64,000 nt of DNA from Gammaproteobacteria bacterium (lineage in GTDB: Bacteria; Pseudomonadota; Gammaproteobacteria; JABABF01; JAHRAO01). A program made the translations under genes and the position numbers. This document shows, one piece after another, positions 8,850 to 19,649 of this stretch (position 1 is its first letter; the number at the start of each line of letters is the position of its first letter). The notes below the pieces were generated by a model that did not search any database, was not told the origin of the DNA, and worked only from the letters and a program-made list of their open reading frames with translations. The DNA lies in the NCBI GenBank assembly GCA_020027215.1, contig JAHRAO010000018.1, forward strand, positions 10,013 to 74,012, written 5' to 3'.

Positions 8850-9689
8850 ATGACAGCAATTAAATTAGACGGCGCAGCCCTTGCCCAACAGAACGAAATC
8901 CAATTAGCGGCGCGTATGGCGGCTTTAGATGAGTACCGCCACATTCTAGCGACTATTTTAGTTGGCGACGATCCGAGCTCGGCAATTTATGTGCGGATGA
9001 AATGTCGCGCGTGTGAACGCATTGGGCTCGGAACGCGCACCATCCATTTACCGCACGAAACAACAACGCGTGAACTTTTGGACACTCTACAAGCACTCAA
9101 TGCTGATCATGCAGTGGTGGGTATTTTATTGCAACATCCTGTCCCCGCCCATATTGATGAACGGCAGTGTTTTGACCACATAGCGGTTGAAAAAGATGTT
9201 GACGGAGTGACCTGTCATGGTTTTGGTCGTCTCGCCATGCAAGTGAATACTTTTGCTAGCGCAACCCCTTTGGGGATCGCACGTTTACTCAGACACTATG
9301 AAATTCCGTTAGCGGGGAAAGATGCCTTGATTATTGGACGGAGTGCCATTCTCGGCAAACCAATGGCGATGATGCTCCTCAATGACGATGCCACTGTCAC
9401 TCTTTGCCATTCGCATACCACAGATCTTCCCGATAAAATAGCACGTGCCGATTTGGTCATTGCTGCTCTCGGCAAGGCACAATGGGTGCAAGGTTCTTGG
9501 TTAAAAGACGGGGCGGTGGCGATAGATGCCGGTTATCATATAGGTGGGCAAGGAGATATGGCACTCCATGCAACAGACATTGAGCGTTTATCCGCTTATA
9601 CGCCAGTCCCTGGAGGAGTTGGACCAATGACTATCAACTCCCTCATGTTCAATACGGTCAGTGCCGCTGAGAAGCGGTCGGCTCATTGA
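8850..9689 (+). CDS. folD: Bifunctional 5,10-methylenetetrahydrofolate dehydrogenase / methenyl-THF cyclohydrolase
   Basis: 279 aa. MTAIKLDGAALAQ..., ...YVRMKCRACE..., GVGPMTI and the overall layout are canonical FolD. Confidence 0.9.
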   Translation: MTAIKLDGAALAQQNEIQLAARMAALDEYRHILATILVGDDPSSAIYVRMKCRACERIGLGTRTIHLPHETTTRELLDTLQALNADHAVVGILLQHPVPAHIDERQCFDHIAVEKDVDGVTCHGFGRLAMQVNTFASATPLGIARLLRHYEIPLAGKDALIIGRSAILGKPMAMMLLNDDATVTLCHSHTTDLPDKIARADLVIAALGKAQWVQGSWLKDGAVAIDAGYHIGGQGDMALHATDIERLSAYTPVPGGVGPMTINSLMFNTVSAAEKRSAH

Positions 9690-11743
9690 GATTGGTTGAG
9701 GCGCGCGCGAAACGCTTGGTCGTTATAAGGGCGTCCTAAAAAACGCTCCACTATATCGGCAGCATCTAGCGATCCACCCGCACCCAATACATCACGCATA
9801 TAACGGCGCGCTAACTGCTGATTCAGCAATCCTTTACGGCGAAAAACCTCAAACATATCGGCGGCAATCACTTCCGACCACATGTAGGTATAATACACTG
9901 CCGAATAGCCAAATAAGTGACCAAAATTGGCATAAAAATAAGTTTTGGGCACATAGGGAAATGGCGAATACTGCTTTTGCAATGCGATCATATCGTCAGT
10001 CAGCGACACTTCTTGCGGGGGTTTATTGTAGTACTGTAAGGATAACGAGGCGTAAAACATTTGATTGCGAATGTGTGCACCTAAACCAAAATCACGCGCA
10101 GCGCGCATCCGGCGCACTAAATCAGCAGGAATGCGCTGCCCTTGTGCGTTGACGGCAAATGTCTGCAACACTTTAGGGTCCCATGCCCATTCTTCAAACA
10201 TTTGAGACGGCGCTTCAACAAAATCATGCTCGGTAGCAATACCACTCAAATCACTCCATCTTTGATGTCCACCAAACAGGGAATGCAACAAATGTCCGAA
10301 TTCGTGGAAGAATGTCTCCACTTGGCGGTGCTCCATTAATTCATCGCCATGCGGAAAGTTACACACTAATGCCGACACTGGCAATTGCTTACCTTTAATG
10401 CCAGTGCGCAAAGTAAAGTGGGCAGCATGTTTGTATTTCCCTGTGCGCGGATGCATATCCAAATAAAAACGGCCGATCATTTTTCCATTCTCCAACACTT
10501 CGTATGCTTCAACACTATCGTGCCATAAAACAGCATCCTTCCATGGTCGTATCTGCACACCAAATAAGTTTTGGGTGAGTTGTAAAAGCCCTGTCTTGAC
10601 TTTTTCGTATGGAAAATAAGAACGCACTTCTGTCCCTTTAATATTATATTTTTCGGCTTTGATTTTTTCGGTCAACCAAAAATGACGCCAGCGTCCGACA
10701 TTTTTTGCGCGCGGGTGTGTTGCGTGCAGTTTTTTCAGCAGGAGTGCGTAATCGCGATCCGAGCGCGGGCGCGCTAACTCGTTAATTTGTTCTATAAATG
10801 CTTCAACGCGCTGTGCACTCCCCGACATCAGCGTTTCCATTGCGTAATCGGCATAGTGATCGTATCCTAGCAATTGTGCTAACTCGTAACGTTTAACGAG
10901 GATTTTTTTCAATACAGTCTTATTTTTTGGGTAACCGCGGTTCAGCGACTTGCGATGGAGAATGAAGCGCGCCGTATCATTCTCCGCATAGCGCATAAAA
11001 GGAATGGATAATGGATAGTCGGTACTCACCCGATATCCTTTTTGTTCGCGGGGGAGAGAGGTAATATAATCTTCAGGTAATCCGGCAAGGTGTTTGTTCT
11101 TCTCTAACCAGATATAACGCACATCATCATTGATATTGCGCGAAAATTGTTGTCCGAGCTCGGTCAATTCACTCCGTAACTGGGCAATCTGTGTGCGCTT
11201 TTCCTCACTTGCTGACACACCCGACCGCCGAAAATCACGCAATAATCGCTTGAGAAAGCGTTGGGTATCTTTATCATCGCTCTGCACGCGCGTCACCAGA
11301 TCGTATATTGGACGCGATAAACTCACCATAGTGGACCATTTACTAAAACGACTCGCGCAGGCCGCAGCCACATCACGCAATTCTTTTTGCGGGTGAACCT
11401 GATAGTAGAAAGATGCGACATTGGCATCATTTGCTGTTGCCGTTAATAGACGATCAAAAGGAAGCAACATTTTTGTTTCGGTTCCCTCGCCTTTGAATGC
11501 CTCGAACTTCTCAAAACGTTGGGTCGCCAAATCCACACGCCGATCGCACCACGACTGCATGGCTTGAACATTATCGGGCAGTAAAATGGCTTGATTGTCT
11601 AATGCAATATGTATTTTTGAGTGCATTTGTGGCGGCGACGGGGGCACAACAACATCTTTTTTTTGCCTAGGGACAGAAGCAGTGCACCCTACAATGCACA
11701 ATCCGAGTAACCACAATAAAAGAATTTTTATGTATTTATGCAT
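9683..11743 (-). CDS. M3-family Zn-dependent oligopeptidase (oligopeptidase A / dipeptidyl carboxypeptidase-like), predicted lipoprotein
   Basis: HEFGHLLH zinc-binding HEXXH motif, with length and layout matching thimet/PrlC/Dcp peptidases. The likely start is the internal Met (MHKYIKILLLWLLGLCIVGC), which gives a signal peptide with an IVGC lipobox. The ORF track starts 15 codons earlier, at 11788. Confidence 0.8.
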   Translation of the reverse strand: MHKYIKILLLWLLGLCIVGCTASVPRQKKDVVVPPSPPQMHSKIHIALDNQAILLPDNVQAMQSWCDRRVDLATQRFEKFEAFKGEGTETKMLLPFDRLLTATANDANVASFYYQVHPQKELRDVAAACASRFSKWSTMVSLSRPIYDLVTRVQSDDKDTQRFLKRLLRDFRRSGVSASEEKRTQIAQLRSELTELGQQFSRNINDDVRYIWLEKNKHLAGLPEDYITSLPREQKGYRVSTDYPLSIPFMRYAENDTARFILHRKSLNRGYPKNKTVLKKILVKRYELAQLLGYDHYADYAMETLMSGSAQRVEAFIEQINELARPRSDRDYALLLKKLHATHPRAKNVGRWRHFWLTEKIKAEKYNIKGTEVRSYFPYEKVKTGLLQLTQNLFGVQIRPWKDAVLWHDSVEAYEVLENGKMIGRFYLDMHPRTGKYKHAAHFTLRTGIKGKQLPVSALVCNFPHGDELMEHRQVETFFHEFGHLLHSLFGGHQRWSDLSGIATEHDFVEAPSQMFEEWAWDPKVLQTFAVNAQGQRIPADLVRRMRAARDFGLGAHIRNQMFYASLSLQYYNKPPQEVSLTDDMIALQKQYSPFPYVPKTYFYANFGHLFGYSAVYYTYMWSEVIAADMFEVFRRKGLLNQQLARRYMRDVLGAGGSLDAADIVERFLGRPYNDQAFRARLNQSQ

Positions 11744-11855
11744 GATGACCTTGTACAGAGTATATTGACTGTTTTTATTATACAGCACACCGCTTTGTTT
11801 GACAACACCGAGCGCGACACATGTAACCCAGTGTATCGCTCACATCGCCAATCAG

Positions 11856-13295
11856 TTAGTGGTTATCCGCATTGGATAAAGCGACATTTAATTCCAATAA
11901 ATGGCGAATGGGGAAAGTCGTTTGTGGTTTATATGGTATTTTTTTCACTTGCGTATGCTTGTTACCGACGACCAGTACCTGTGAAGGGTATATTTTATGG
12001 GGGGTGCGAATATTATTCCATCGCATCAGTTGTCGCACACGCGCACCGTAATAAGCTGCCACAGTAGATAAGTTTTCTCCGCTCTGCACAATATGCATCC
12101 GTTTATTTGCCGCAAAATATTTTTGGCGCGTTTTTGCATCGGCAACTACGGGAACCAAAATCCACTGCTGGGGGTAAATACGGTTATTCTTTAAGAAGTT
12201 AATCCTTTTGAGAACATCCACCGACGTATGGTATTTTTGGGCAATTTTAGCCAGAGTGTCGCCACGGCGAATAGAGTAAGGTTGCCATCCCATCGCTAAT
12301 TTCTGCCGCATTTTTTGCATTGCGTGGCGGAAGTGCGTTATCTTCGTGCGTGGAATCAAGATTTTATGTGGTCCCCCAGGAGGAGTAATATAGCGGAAAT
12401 AACTCGGATTAAGCCATTGCATAATCCGAATATTCATTCCCATTAATTGACTCAATTGAATCAAATCAATTTGGCGCCCCACATCTATCGCAAACCAGTA
12501 ATTTTCATTAGCGATATGGGGCAGGCGCAAACCGTAGTGTCGTGCATTGCGAATTAATTTAGCAAATGCTAATAAACGCGGTACATATTGGCGCGTTTCC
12601 CGAGGCAATTTGAGCGACCAAAAATCAGTGCGTTTGCCGTGGCGGCGATTGCGCTTGATCGCTCGGCGCACCGTCCCCTCGCCTCCATTATACGCGGCTA
12701 AAGTCAATAGCCAATCTCCATCAAACTCTTTATTCAAACGAACTAAATAGCGCACTGCCGCTTGCGTAGAGAGGCGAATATCACGGCGGGCATCGTACCA
12801 ATGGTTGCGTTCTAAATCAAATATTGCCGCGGTGGGAGGGATGAACTGCCATAAACCGGCAGCGTGTGATTTGGAGTATGCAAAAGGGTTAAACGAACTT
12901 TCCACCATCGGTAAAAAAGCTAATTCTAATGGTATATCACTCAATTCAAGCAGTTTGACAATGTAATACAAATAAAGTTTGCTACGCTGTAATGTTTTTT
13001 GTATGTATTTTTTCTCCTGCAGGTAATGACGCAATTCCCGATTGACATGATGATGGTTAGGGATATGGAGTGCAAATCCACGCCTAAGGCGATGCCACAG
13101 GGTGTTGTGAGCAGGGATGGCATAAATATGGCGGCTATTAATAGTGTCGGGGCTACGAATGAACAACCGATCAGAAGTAGATTGGGCGTGTGCACTCGCA
13201 GTTATTATTAATGCACTGATGAGCCCTCCAGCTAAAAAGAGCCGAAGCGAGAGGCCTGTCGGTTTTTTATTGATAGTTTTGATTAACAGTATCAT
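11856..13295 (-). CDS. mltD: Membrane-bound lytic murein transglycosylase D
   Basis: SLT domain motif ELAFLPMVESSFNPFAYSKSHAAGLWQFIP, followed by two C-terminal LysM domains (GDTLAKIAQKYHTSVDVL and GENLSTVAAYYGARVRQL). The start is probably the internal Met preceding the signal peptide LSLRLFLAGGLISALIITASAHA. The ORF track extends to 13376. Confidence 0.8.
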   Translation of the reverse strand: MILLIKTINKKPTGLSLRLFLAGGLISALIITASAHAQSTSDRLFIRSPDTINSRHIYAIPAHNTLWHRLRRGFALHIPNHHHVNRELRHYLQEKKYIQKTLQRSKLYLYYIVKLLELSDIPLELAFLPMVESSFNPFAYSKSHAAGLWQFIPPTAAIFDLERNHWYDARRDIRLSTQAAVRYLVRLNKEFDGDWLLTLAAYNGGEGTVRRAIKRNRRHGKRTDFWSLKLPRETRQYVPRLLAFAKLIRNARHYGLRLPHIANENYWFAIDVGRQIDLIQLSQLMGMNIRIMQWLNPSYFRYITPPGGPHKILIPRTKITHFRHAMQKMRQKLAMGWQPYSIRRGDTLAKIAQKYHTSVDVLKRINFLKNNRIYPQQWILVPVVADAKTRQKYFAANKRMHIVQSGENLSTVAAYYGARVRQLMRWNNIRTPHKIYPSQVLVVGNKHTQVKKIPYKPQTTFPIRHLLELNVALSNADNH

Positions 13296-13421
13296 ATAAG
13301 CATATAGATTATAAAGGTTATTTTTTATATTATCAAGTGCAAAGAAAAAATAAAATTCGTGCCGCTTTGCGCACAAGTGGCAGCAACGAATTTATCTCTT
13401 TTTATGAAGGGCGTGGAAAGT

Positions 13422-14045
13422 CTAAGCTAAAGACATACTATCGGCAGTGATACGCGCAATACGCTCCCAATCTTGTTGCTCCACACTGGATGAAGGCACC
13501 ATCCACGAACCACCGACACAGAGCACGTTAGGGAGAGCAAGATAATCGGCAACACTATGCTCATCAATACCGCCGGTCGGGCAAAAAAGTGCCTGCTTTA
13601 ATGGGGCGTGCCACGATTTAAGGAGGCTGTGCCCGCCCACAGCTACAGCCGGAAAAAGTTTGAAGCACGTCATACCATGCTGCATCCCCAACATCACTTC
13701 AGATGCGGTTGCCACACCGGGTAAGAATGGGATTTGTAACTCATTTGCGCGCAATATCAGCGGTATGGATATGCCCGGACTCACCGCAAAATCTGCTCCA
13801 GCTTCGTATGCTGCGGTAAGATGTTCGGTGGTCGTAATCGTCCCCGCCGCTACCTTCACTTCGGGTAAGGCCTGTTTCACAATATAAATTGCATTTAATC
13901 CTACATCGCTACGGAGGGTAATTTCTATCCCCTTTGCTCCCCCCTTGACGAGGGCGCGACACAAGGGCAGAATATCTTGCTCACGATGTATCGTGATGAC
14001 CGGCAGGATTTTCAGCGGGCGCAATTGATCGGCACAATTCATCAT
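13422..14045 (-). CDS. eda: 2-dehydro-3-deoxy-6-phosphogluconate (KDPG) / KHG aldolase
   Basis: 207 aa with the Eda-family layout (..LPVITIHREQDILPLCRALVKGGAKGIEITLRS.., GAGTI..). Last gene of the zwf-pgl-edd-eda operon. Confidence 0.85.
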   Translation of the reverse strand: MMNCADQLRPLKILPVITIHREQDILPLCRALVKGGAKGIEITLRSDVGLNAIYIVKQALPEVKVAAGTITTTEHLTAAYEAGADFAVSPGISIPLILRANELQIPFLPGVATASEVMLGMQHGMTCFKLFPAVAVGGHSLLKSWHAPLKQALFCPTGGIDEHSVADYLALPNVLCVGGSWMVPSSSVEQQDWERIARITADSMSLA

Positions 14046-14050
14046 CGTAA

Positions 14051-15889
14051 TTATTCAGCCAAGTCCGTATCAAAAAAACACGATGCACCCAAATGGGGAG
14101 AACTCACCGACCGCCGCATATAGTGGAATAATTGTTGCCCTAAAATTGACGCACGGGCAGGGGCAGGAGCGCATGGACGCGTATCCCATTCACTTGCGGG
14201 AACCTGAACGGTTAAACTGCCCTCTTCGCTATCTAAAGCAATCACATCGCCCGAGCACAATTTGGCAATAGGACCATCCGCTGCCGCTTCTGGAGTCAAA
14301 TGAATGGCCGCCGGCACTTTCCCCGAAGCACCTGACATACGCCCATCGGTGACTAAGGCAACTTTATGCCCTTTATTTTGGAGCACCTCTAAGTAGGGAG
14401 TGAGTTTATGCAATTCTGGCATACCATTTGCACGGGCACCTTGAAAACGAACCACGGCCACAACATCACGATTCAATGCACCGCTCTCAAATGCGGTTTT
14501 GAAATCTGCTTGCGCATGAAAAATTTCGCACGGAGCTATGACTTTACGCCTATCGTGGGGCAATGATGACACCTTAATAATGCTCTGACCAAGGTTCCCA
14601 TTCAACACGCGAATGCCACCTTCAGCAGAAAACGGTCGGTCTACTCCTGTGAGCACATCAGGTTGGCGACTTTGAGTGGGCGCAGCACACCACTTGACTT
14701 CTCCGTCATTCTCTAATGTCGGTGCCTGCTCCATATGGTCCAAACCCGGACCCGTCAAGGTGAGCACATCTTCATTCAATAATCCCGCCGCACGCAATTC
14801 ATGGACGAGGAAAGCCATCCCTCCTGCTTGCTGGAAAGCGTTTATATCGGCACTTCCATTGGGGTATATGCGCGCTAATAAAGGAACGGCTGCTGATAAT
14901 TTGGCGATATCTTCCCAGTGCAAAATAATTCCCGCCGCGCGAGCAATTGCAACTAAATGGAGCGTATGGTTTGTTGAACCACCCGTTGCCAACCATCCGA
15001 CTAAAGCATTGATCAACGAGGATTCGTTCACTATGTCGCCCAATGTATAATTTTTATCCACCGCTTCTATCGTATAACGCACACTTGCACGCGTCAATAC
15101 GGGACGCAATGTATGATTGGGATTGATAAAGGATGAACCGGGCAGTTGAAGACCCAGCATTTCCATTAAGAGTTGATTGCTGTTCGCTGTGCCATAAAAA
15201 GTGCACGTGCCTGGGCTGTGATAAGCGGCAGATTCCACCGCCAGCAATTCGTCTTTATTCGCCGAACCTTCTGCATACTTTTGCCGCACTATCGCCTTTT
15301 CTTTGTTGGAAATTCCCGAAGGCATAGGTCCACCGGGAACAAAACCAACTGGGATGTGCCCAAATTGGAGAGCTCCTATTAACATCCCCGGCACAATCTT
15401 GTCGCATACGCCTAAACACAAAGCGGCATCAAACATATTGTGGCTCAATCCGACCGCTGTTGCCATTGCCACAACGTCGCGGCTAAACAAGCTCAACTCC
15501 ATGCCTGGCTGTCCTTGCGTAATACCGTCACACATAGCGGGAACCCCGCTTGCCACTTGGGCACTACACCCAAGCCTGCGCGCTTCTTCTTTGATCAGCT
15601 GTGGATACGATGCTAAAGGCTGATGGGCGGACAGCATATCGTTATAAGAAGTAATAATCCCCACATGGGGGCTTTTCATCGCTCGGATTGTCTTTTTCTC
15701 ATCGGCAGCACAAGAGGCGTATCCATGCGCAAGGTTGCCACACGAGAGGGTTCGTTTCGGGGGATATTGGTCACGCGTCTGTGCCATGTTGTCCAAATAA
15801 GCGCGGCGGGTCGCGCGACTGCGCTGGCGCACTTGATCGGTCACGGTCGCAATAGTGGTATTCATTTTCTTTAAGCCATCCTCACACAA
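14051..15889 (-). CDS. edd: Phosphogluconate dehydratase (Entner-Doudoroff)
   Basis: 612 aa ILVD/EDD family with the [12 protein letters not shown] motif. Sits between pgl and eda. Confidence 0.9.
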   Translation of the reverse strand: MCEDGLKKMNTTIATVTDQVRQRSRATRRAYLDNMAQTRDQYPPKRTLSCGNLAHGYASCAADEKKTIRAMKSPHVGIITSYNDMLSAHQPLASYPQLIKEEARRLGCSAQVASGVPAMCDGITQGQPGMELSLFSRDVVAMATAVGLSHNMFDAALCLGVCDKIVPGMLIGALQFGHIPVGFVPGGPMPSGISNKEKAIVRQKYAEGSANKDELLAVESAAYHSPGTCTFYGTANSNQLLMEMLGLQLPGSSFINPNHTLRPVLTRASVRYTIEAVDKNYTLGDIVNESSLINALVGWLATGGSTNHTLHLVAIARAAGIILHWEDIAKLSAAVPLLARIYPNGSADINAFQQAGGMAFLVHELRAAGLLNEDVLTLTGPGLDHMEQAPTLENDGEVKWCAAPTQSRQPDVLTGVDRPFSAEGGIRVLNGNLGQSIIKVSSLPHDRRKVIAPCEIFHAQADFKTAFESGALNRDVVAVVRFQGARANGMPELHKLTPYLEVLQNKGHKVALVTDGRMSGASGKVPAAIHLTPEAAADGPIAKLCSGDVIALDSEEGSLTVQVPASEWDTRPCAPAPARASILGQQLFHYMRRSVSSPHLGASCFFDTDLAE

Positions 15890-16593
15890 TGATAGACCGA
15901 TACAGGTGTTTGGGTTTGATGGATAACCCGACTCACCGGCAATTCATCACCTTTACCGGACAAAGCATCATGGAGCAATTGCCATTTTTTTTCACCAGTA
16001 AGATGGAAAACAATTTGATGGGCGCGTAATATAGTTGGCAGCGTGAGGGTCATCCGCGCGTGTATACCCGCTGGCAAAGTGATACCACAACAATGTGCGT
16101 TTCCCTCCAAGGCTACTGCCCGAGCATACTCTTCGCTGTGTCTAAAAAAAGACGCCGTATGTCCATCTACCCCCATACCCAACATCACCACATCAAAAGG
16201 GGAAGGCAAAGCAGCAAGGCGGGTATGCACTGCGGGAACGGCATCCACGGGTTGCAGATGATCGGTTTTAAGGGGTACGAAGTTTGCTTTTTCCGCCCAA
16301 TTACATAATAGATAATCGCGCACCAATAACTCATTAGAAGCGGCATCAGACGGATTAACCCAGCGCTCGTCCACCAAAGTAATGGTGATGTCTTGCCATG
16401 GCAAAGGTTGTTGAGCCAAAGCGGTAAAAATCGGTTGTGGGGTGCTCCCCCCCGATACCGCCAATACCGCCTCTCCCTTTTTCTCCACGCCTCGTCGTAA
16501 TTGCACACTCACGTGCGCTACGAGCGCATCAACCCATTCAGCAATAGTCTGGTGAAGAGAAATAGCAAGCGCCATCGTTACTGCTCGTACCAA
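15871..16593 (-). CDS. pgl: 6-phosphogluconolactonase
   Basis: 240 aa with the GVDGHTASFF motif of the DevB/Pgl family. Overlaps the zwf stop and edd start, consistent with an operon. Confidence 0.8.
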   Translation of the reverse strand: MVRAVTMALAISLHQTIAEWVDALVAHVSVQLRRGVEKKGEAVLAVSGGSTPQPIFTALAQQPLPWQDITITLVDERWVNPSDAASNELLVRDYLLCNWAEKANFVPLKTDHLQPVDAVPAVHTRLAALPSPFDVVMLGMGVDGHTASFFRHSEEYARAVALEGNAHCCGITLPAGIHARMTLTLPTILRAHQIVFHLTGEKKWQLLHDALSGKGDELPVSRVIHQTQTPVSVYHCVRMA

Positions 16594-18029
16594 CTGCGGT
16601 CGCGTTTAGCCAATAGCGCGACCGCATCGGTTGGTCCCCATGTTCCCGCAGTATATTGGCCAATGGGGTGTTTAATTTTATGCCATCCTGCACGGATTTT
16701 ATCCACCCATTCCCATGCGGCTTCTACTTCATCGGCACGCATAAATAAAGTTGTGTCGCCACGGATGACATTGAGTAATAAGAGTTCGTAAGCATCTATA
16801 TGACGATTTTGCGCAAATATTTTGGAAAAAAACAAGTCCAAAGTCATCGGGCTCAATTCAATGTCTTGGTCTAAGCCGGGAACTTTATTCATCACTTTCA
16901 GTTGAATCCCTTCGTTCGGTTGCAACCGAATAATCAAAGTATTGGGAGAAGCCGCACTGTGCGGAAAAATGATATGAGGCACTTGCTTATACTGGATAAC
17001 GATTTCTGATGAACGTTTCGGTAAGCGTTTGCCGGTGCGTAGATAAAATGGCACCCCCGACCAGCGCCAGCTATCAATTTCAGCACGGAGGGCAACAAAA
17101 GTTTCAGTGGTAGATTGAGCGGGCATATTTTTTTCTTCCATATACCCTACCACCGATTTACCATCGACTGCACCGCCAGTATATTGTGCGCGCACCGTAT
17201 AATCTCGCGCATTGGTGTGATCAATCGTTTTCAAACTGCGCAGTATTTTCAATTTTTCATCACTGACCGCATTAGAAGATAAGGTGGCAGGGGGATCCAT
17301 AGCAATTAAACACAGTAATTGCAATAAGTGGTTTTGTACCATATCACGCAGGGCTCCGGTCGCATCATAAAATTGAGCGCGCCCGTCTACCCCCACCGTC
17401 TCGGCAACGGTAATTTGAACATGGTCAATATAATTATGATTCCACAAGGGTTCGTAGAGCAGGTTAGCAAAGCGTAGCACTAAAAGGTTTTGCACCGCTT
17501 CCTTCCCCAAATAATGGTCAATGCGGTAGATTTGTTGTTCGTGAAAAATATCGCTCAAAAGATTATTGGTTTCAATAAAGCTGTGCTGTGAATCACCGAG
17601 CGGTTTTTCTACCACAATGCGAGTATGTTCATTGACAATATCAGCGCTTTTTAACGATTGGCACGTTGCCGTGAATAGGTTGGGGGGCATTGCTAAATAA
17701 ATAATCAATGACCGTCTGGTCTTTTTTAATTCACGGGAAAATTTTTTCATCGTCGGCGGGTCAGTGGCATCAAGCGACGTATAAATTAAGCGCCGTGCGA
17801 ACGATTGCCATGCATTATCATCAAAAAATTTGTCCGCCGCTATATTAGATTTGATGGTATTCAAAAAAGTATTTTTGCGTAGGGTGCGGCGTGAAATACC
17901 GTATATGGACATTTCTTCTGGACAATTACCATCGCGATGTAAGTAGTAAAGTGCGGGATAAAGCTTATTCAAAGCCAAATCACCAGCAGCGCCAATAATT
18001 AAAATATTGTATGCGTCATCTGTAGGCAT
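16578..18029 (-). CDS. zwf: Glucose-6-phosphate 1-dehydrogenase
   Basis: 483 aa. The Rossmann motif IIGAAGDLA, the active-site signature RIDHYLGKE and the overall layout are canonical Zwf. Confidence 0.9.
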   Translation of the reverse strand: MPTDDAYNILIIGAAGDLALNKLYPALYYLHRDGNCPEEMSIYGISRRTLRKNTFLNTIKSNIAADKFFDDNAWQSFARRLIYTSLDATDPPTMKKFSRELKKTRRSLIIYLAMPPNLFTATCQSLKSADIVNEHTRIVVEKPLGDSQHSFIETNNLLSDIFHEQQIYRIDHYLGKEAVQNLLVLRFANLLYEPLWNHNYIDHVQITVAETVGVDGRAQFYDATGALRDMVQNHLLQLLCLIAMDPPATLSSNAVSDEKLKILRSLKTIDHTNARDYTVRAQYTGGAVDGKSVVGYMEEKNMPAQSTTETFVALRAEIDSWRWSGVPFYLRTGKRLPKRSSEIVIQYKQVPHIIFPHSAASPNTLIIRLQPNEGIQLKVMNKVPGLDQDIELSPMTLDLFFSKIFAQNRHIDAYELLLLNVIRGDTTLFMRADEVEAAWEWVDKIRAGWHKIKHPIGQYTAGTWGPTDAVALLAKRDRSWYEQ

Positions 18030-18091
18030 GGTAGCGTTATAATATCACACCATTAAAATATGCATCTATTGCACAAAAATAAAATAATCGC

Positions 18092-18119
18092 TTGACAATC
18101 GGGAGAATATTTTTATAAT
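18092..18119 (+). promoter_or_regulatory. Consensus sigma70 promoter (TTGACA - 16 nt - TATAAT) upstream of the ABC transporter operon, in the zwf divergent intergenic region
   Basis: TTGACA at 18092-18097 and TATAAT at 18114-18119 read directly. This is about 30 nt upstream of the 18151 start codon. Confidence 0.5.
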
Positions 18120-18150
18120 ACCGCTATAGGATTTACTTGACAGACAATAC

Positions 18151-18909
18151 ATGATCGTTATTGATAAAATCAGCAAACATTTCGGCTCCATTACCGCAGT
18201 CGATATGATCTCTTTTTCGGTGAGCACGGGCGAAGTCCTCGGTTTTTTAGGACCGAATGGCGCCGGAAAATCCACTACCATGAAGATGATTACTGGTTAT
18301 CTCCCCCCAGATCATGGCACTATACAAGTCTGCGGATTTGATACGGTGGACTCTCCGTTAGAAGCAAAACGTAATATCGGGTATCTTCCTGAAGGAGCGG
18401 CATCGTATGGCGATATGGTGGTGCAGGATTATCTCTCTTTTATCGCCGACATTCGTCATTTGAAAAAAGAAAAGAAGAAAAGGGCCTTAGACAGTGCTAT
18501 CACCAACATGGCATTGGAAAAAGTACTGTGGCAAAAAATAGAGACTCTTTCTAAAGGGTTCAAACGGAGGGTTGCGTTGGCACAGGCAATTCTACATGAT
18601 CCCAAAGTACTCATATTAGACGAACCCACCGATGGGCTCGACCCCAATCAAAAATATCAGGTTCGTGAATTGATCCGCAACCTATCCACCGACAAAATTG
18701 TCATTATCTCTACCCATATTTTAGAAGAAGTCGGGGCGGTCTGTAGTCGGGCGATGATTATTGCCGCCGGTAAAGTCGTTGCCGATAGCACTCCCGATGA
18801 ATTAGCACGCCAAGCCACCCAAGCAGCGCTACCACAGCAGCACGGACACGATATATTGCCGGCGTTGAATGAAGTCTTTCGCACTTTAACCGCAGGAAGC
18901 ATGCAATGA
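18151..18909 (+). CDS. ABC transporter ATP-binding protein (ABC-2 / GldA-like)
   Basis: Walker A GPNGAGKST, ABC signature LSKGFKRRV, Walker B ILILDEP. The ATGA overlap with the next gene indicates an operon. Confidence 0.8.
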   Translation: MIVIDKISKHFGSITAVDMISFSVSTGEVLGFLGPNGAGKSTTMKMITGYLPPDHGTIQVCGFDTVDSPLEAKRNIGYLPEGAASYGDMVVQDYLSFIADIRHLKKEKKKRALDSAITNMALEKVLWQKIETLSKGFKRRVALAQAILHDPKVLILDEPTDGLDPNQKYQVRELIRNLSTDKIVIISTHILEEVGAVCSRAMIIAAGKVVADSTPDELARQATQAALPQQHGHDILPALNEVFRTLTAGSMQ

Positions 18910-19649
18910 AGATATGCACTTCCGCAATGGGCGTTATTTTTCGCCGTGAATTTAGTGCTTACTTTGCCACCCCACTGGCTTATGTTTTTGTCCTCATTTT
19001 TTTAGTGTTGAGTAGCGTATTTACTTTTTATCTCGGTGGATTTTACGAGCGCAGTCAAGCGGATTTAACGACTTTCTTTAATTTTCACCCGTGGTTGTAT
19101 TTGTTTCTCGTGCCAGCAATATCTATGCGTTTATGGGCCGAAGAAAGAAGTAGCGGGGTCATTGAATTATTGACGACTTTGCCGATTACGCAGTTGGATG
19201 CCGTATTGGGCAAATTCCTTGCCGCATGGGCATTTTGCGGACTCGCCATAGTGTTAACTTTCCCTCTGTGGATCACGGTCAATTATTTAGGGGCGCCCGA
19301 CAACGGTATCATTATCGCTGCCTATTGGGGAAGTTGGCTCATGGCGGGAAGCTTTCTCGCCATAGGGTGCTGTATGTCTGCACTGAGTAAGAGTCAAGTC
19401 ATCGCTTTTATTCTCACCGTGGTGGTATGTTTTCTTTTTATTTTGATGGGGTTTCCATTAGTGCTTGACTTATTTACCGGCTGGGCGCCGAGCATATTAC
19501 TGGACGCCATTGCCGGCCTTAGTTTTCTAACCCATTTTCAATCTGTGTCGCGTGGCGTTCTATCGCTTCATGACACCTTATATTATTTCACCATGATTGT
19601 CGTGTGGCTTGCAGCAACCGTCTATGTTTTACAGGTGTCGCAGGACTGA
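18906..19649 (+). CDS. ABC-2 type permease (GldF-like)
   Basis: 247 aa polytopic membrane protein immediately after the ATPase. The layout is typical of ABC-2 permeases. Confidence 0.65.
   Translation: MKICTSAMGVIFRREFSAYFATPLAYVFVLIFLVLSSVFTFYLGGFYERSQADLTTFFNFHPWLYLFLVPAISMRLWAEERSSGVIELLTTLPITQLDAVLGKFLAAWAFCGLAIVLTFPLWITVNYLGAPDNGIIIAAYWGSWLMAGSFLAIGCCMSALSKSQVIAFILTVVVCFLFILMGFPLVLDLFTGWAPSILLDAIAGLSFLTHFQSVSRGVLSLHDTLYYFTMIVVWLAATVYVLQVSQD

Noticed and set aside
8451-8944. Three minus-strand ORFs (75, 91 and 64 aa) overlapping the tRNA cluster
   Set aside because: They are antisense translations of the tRNA-Pro/Arg/His genes (GFEPTT.., IRTYNLRLRRP.. are typical tRNA-antisense artefacts). 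The tRNA cloverleaves are convincing.
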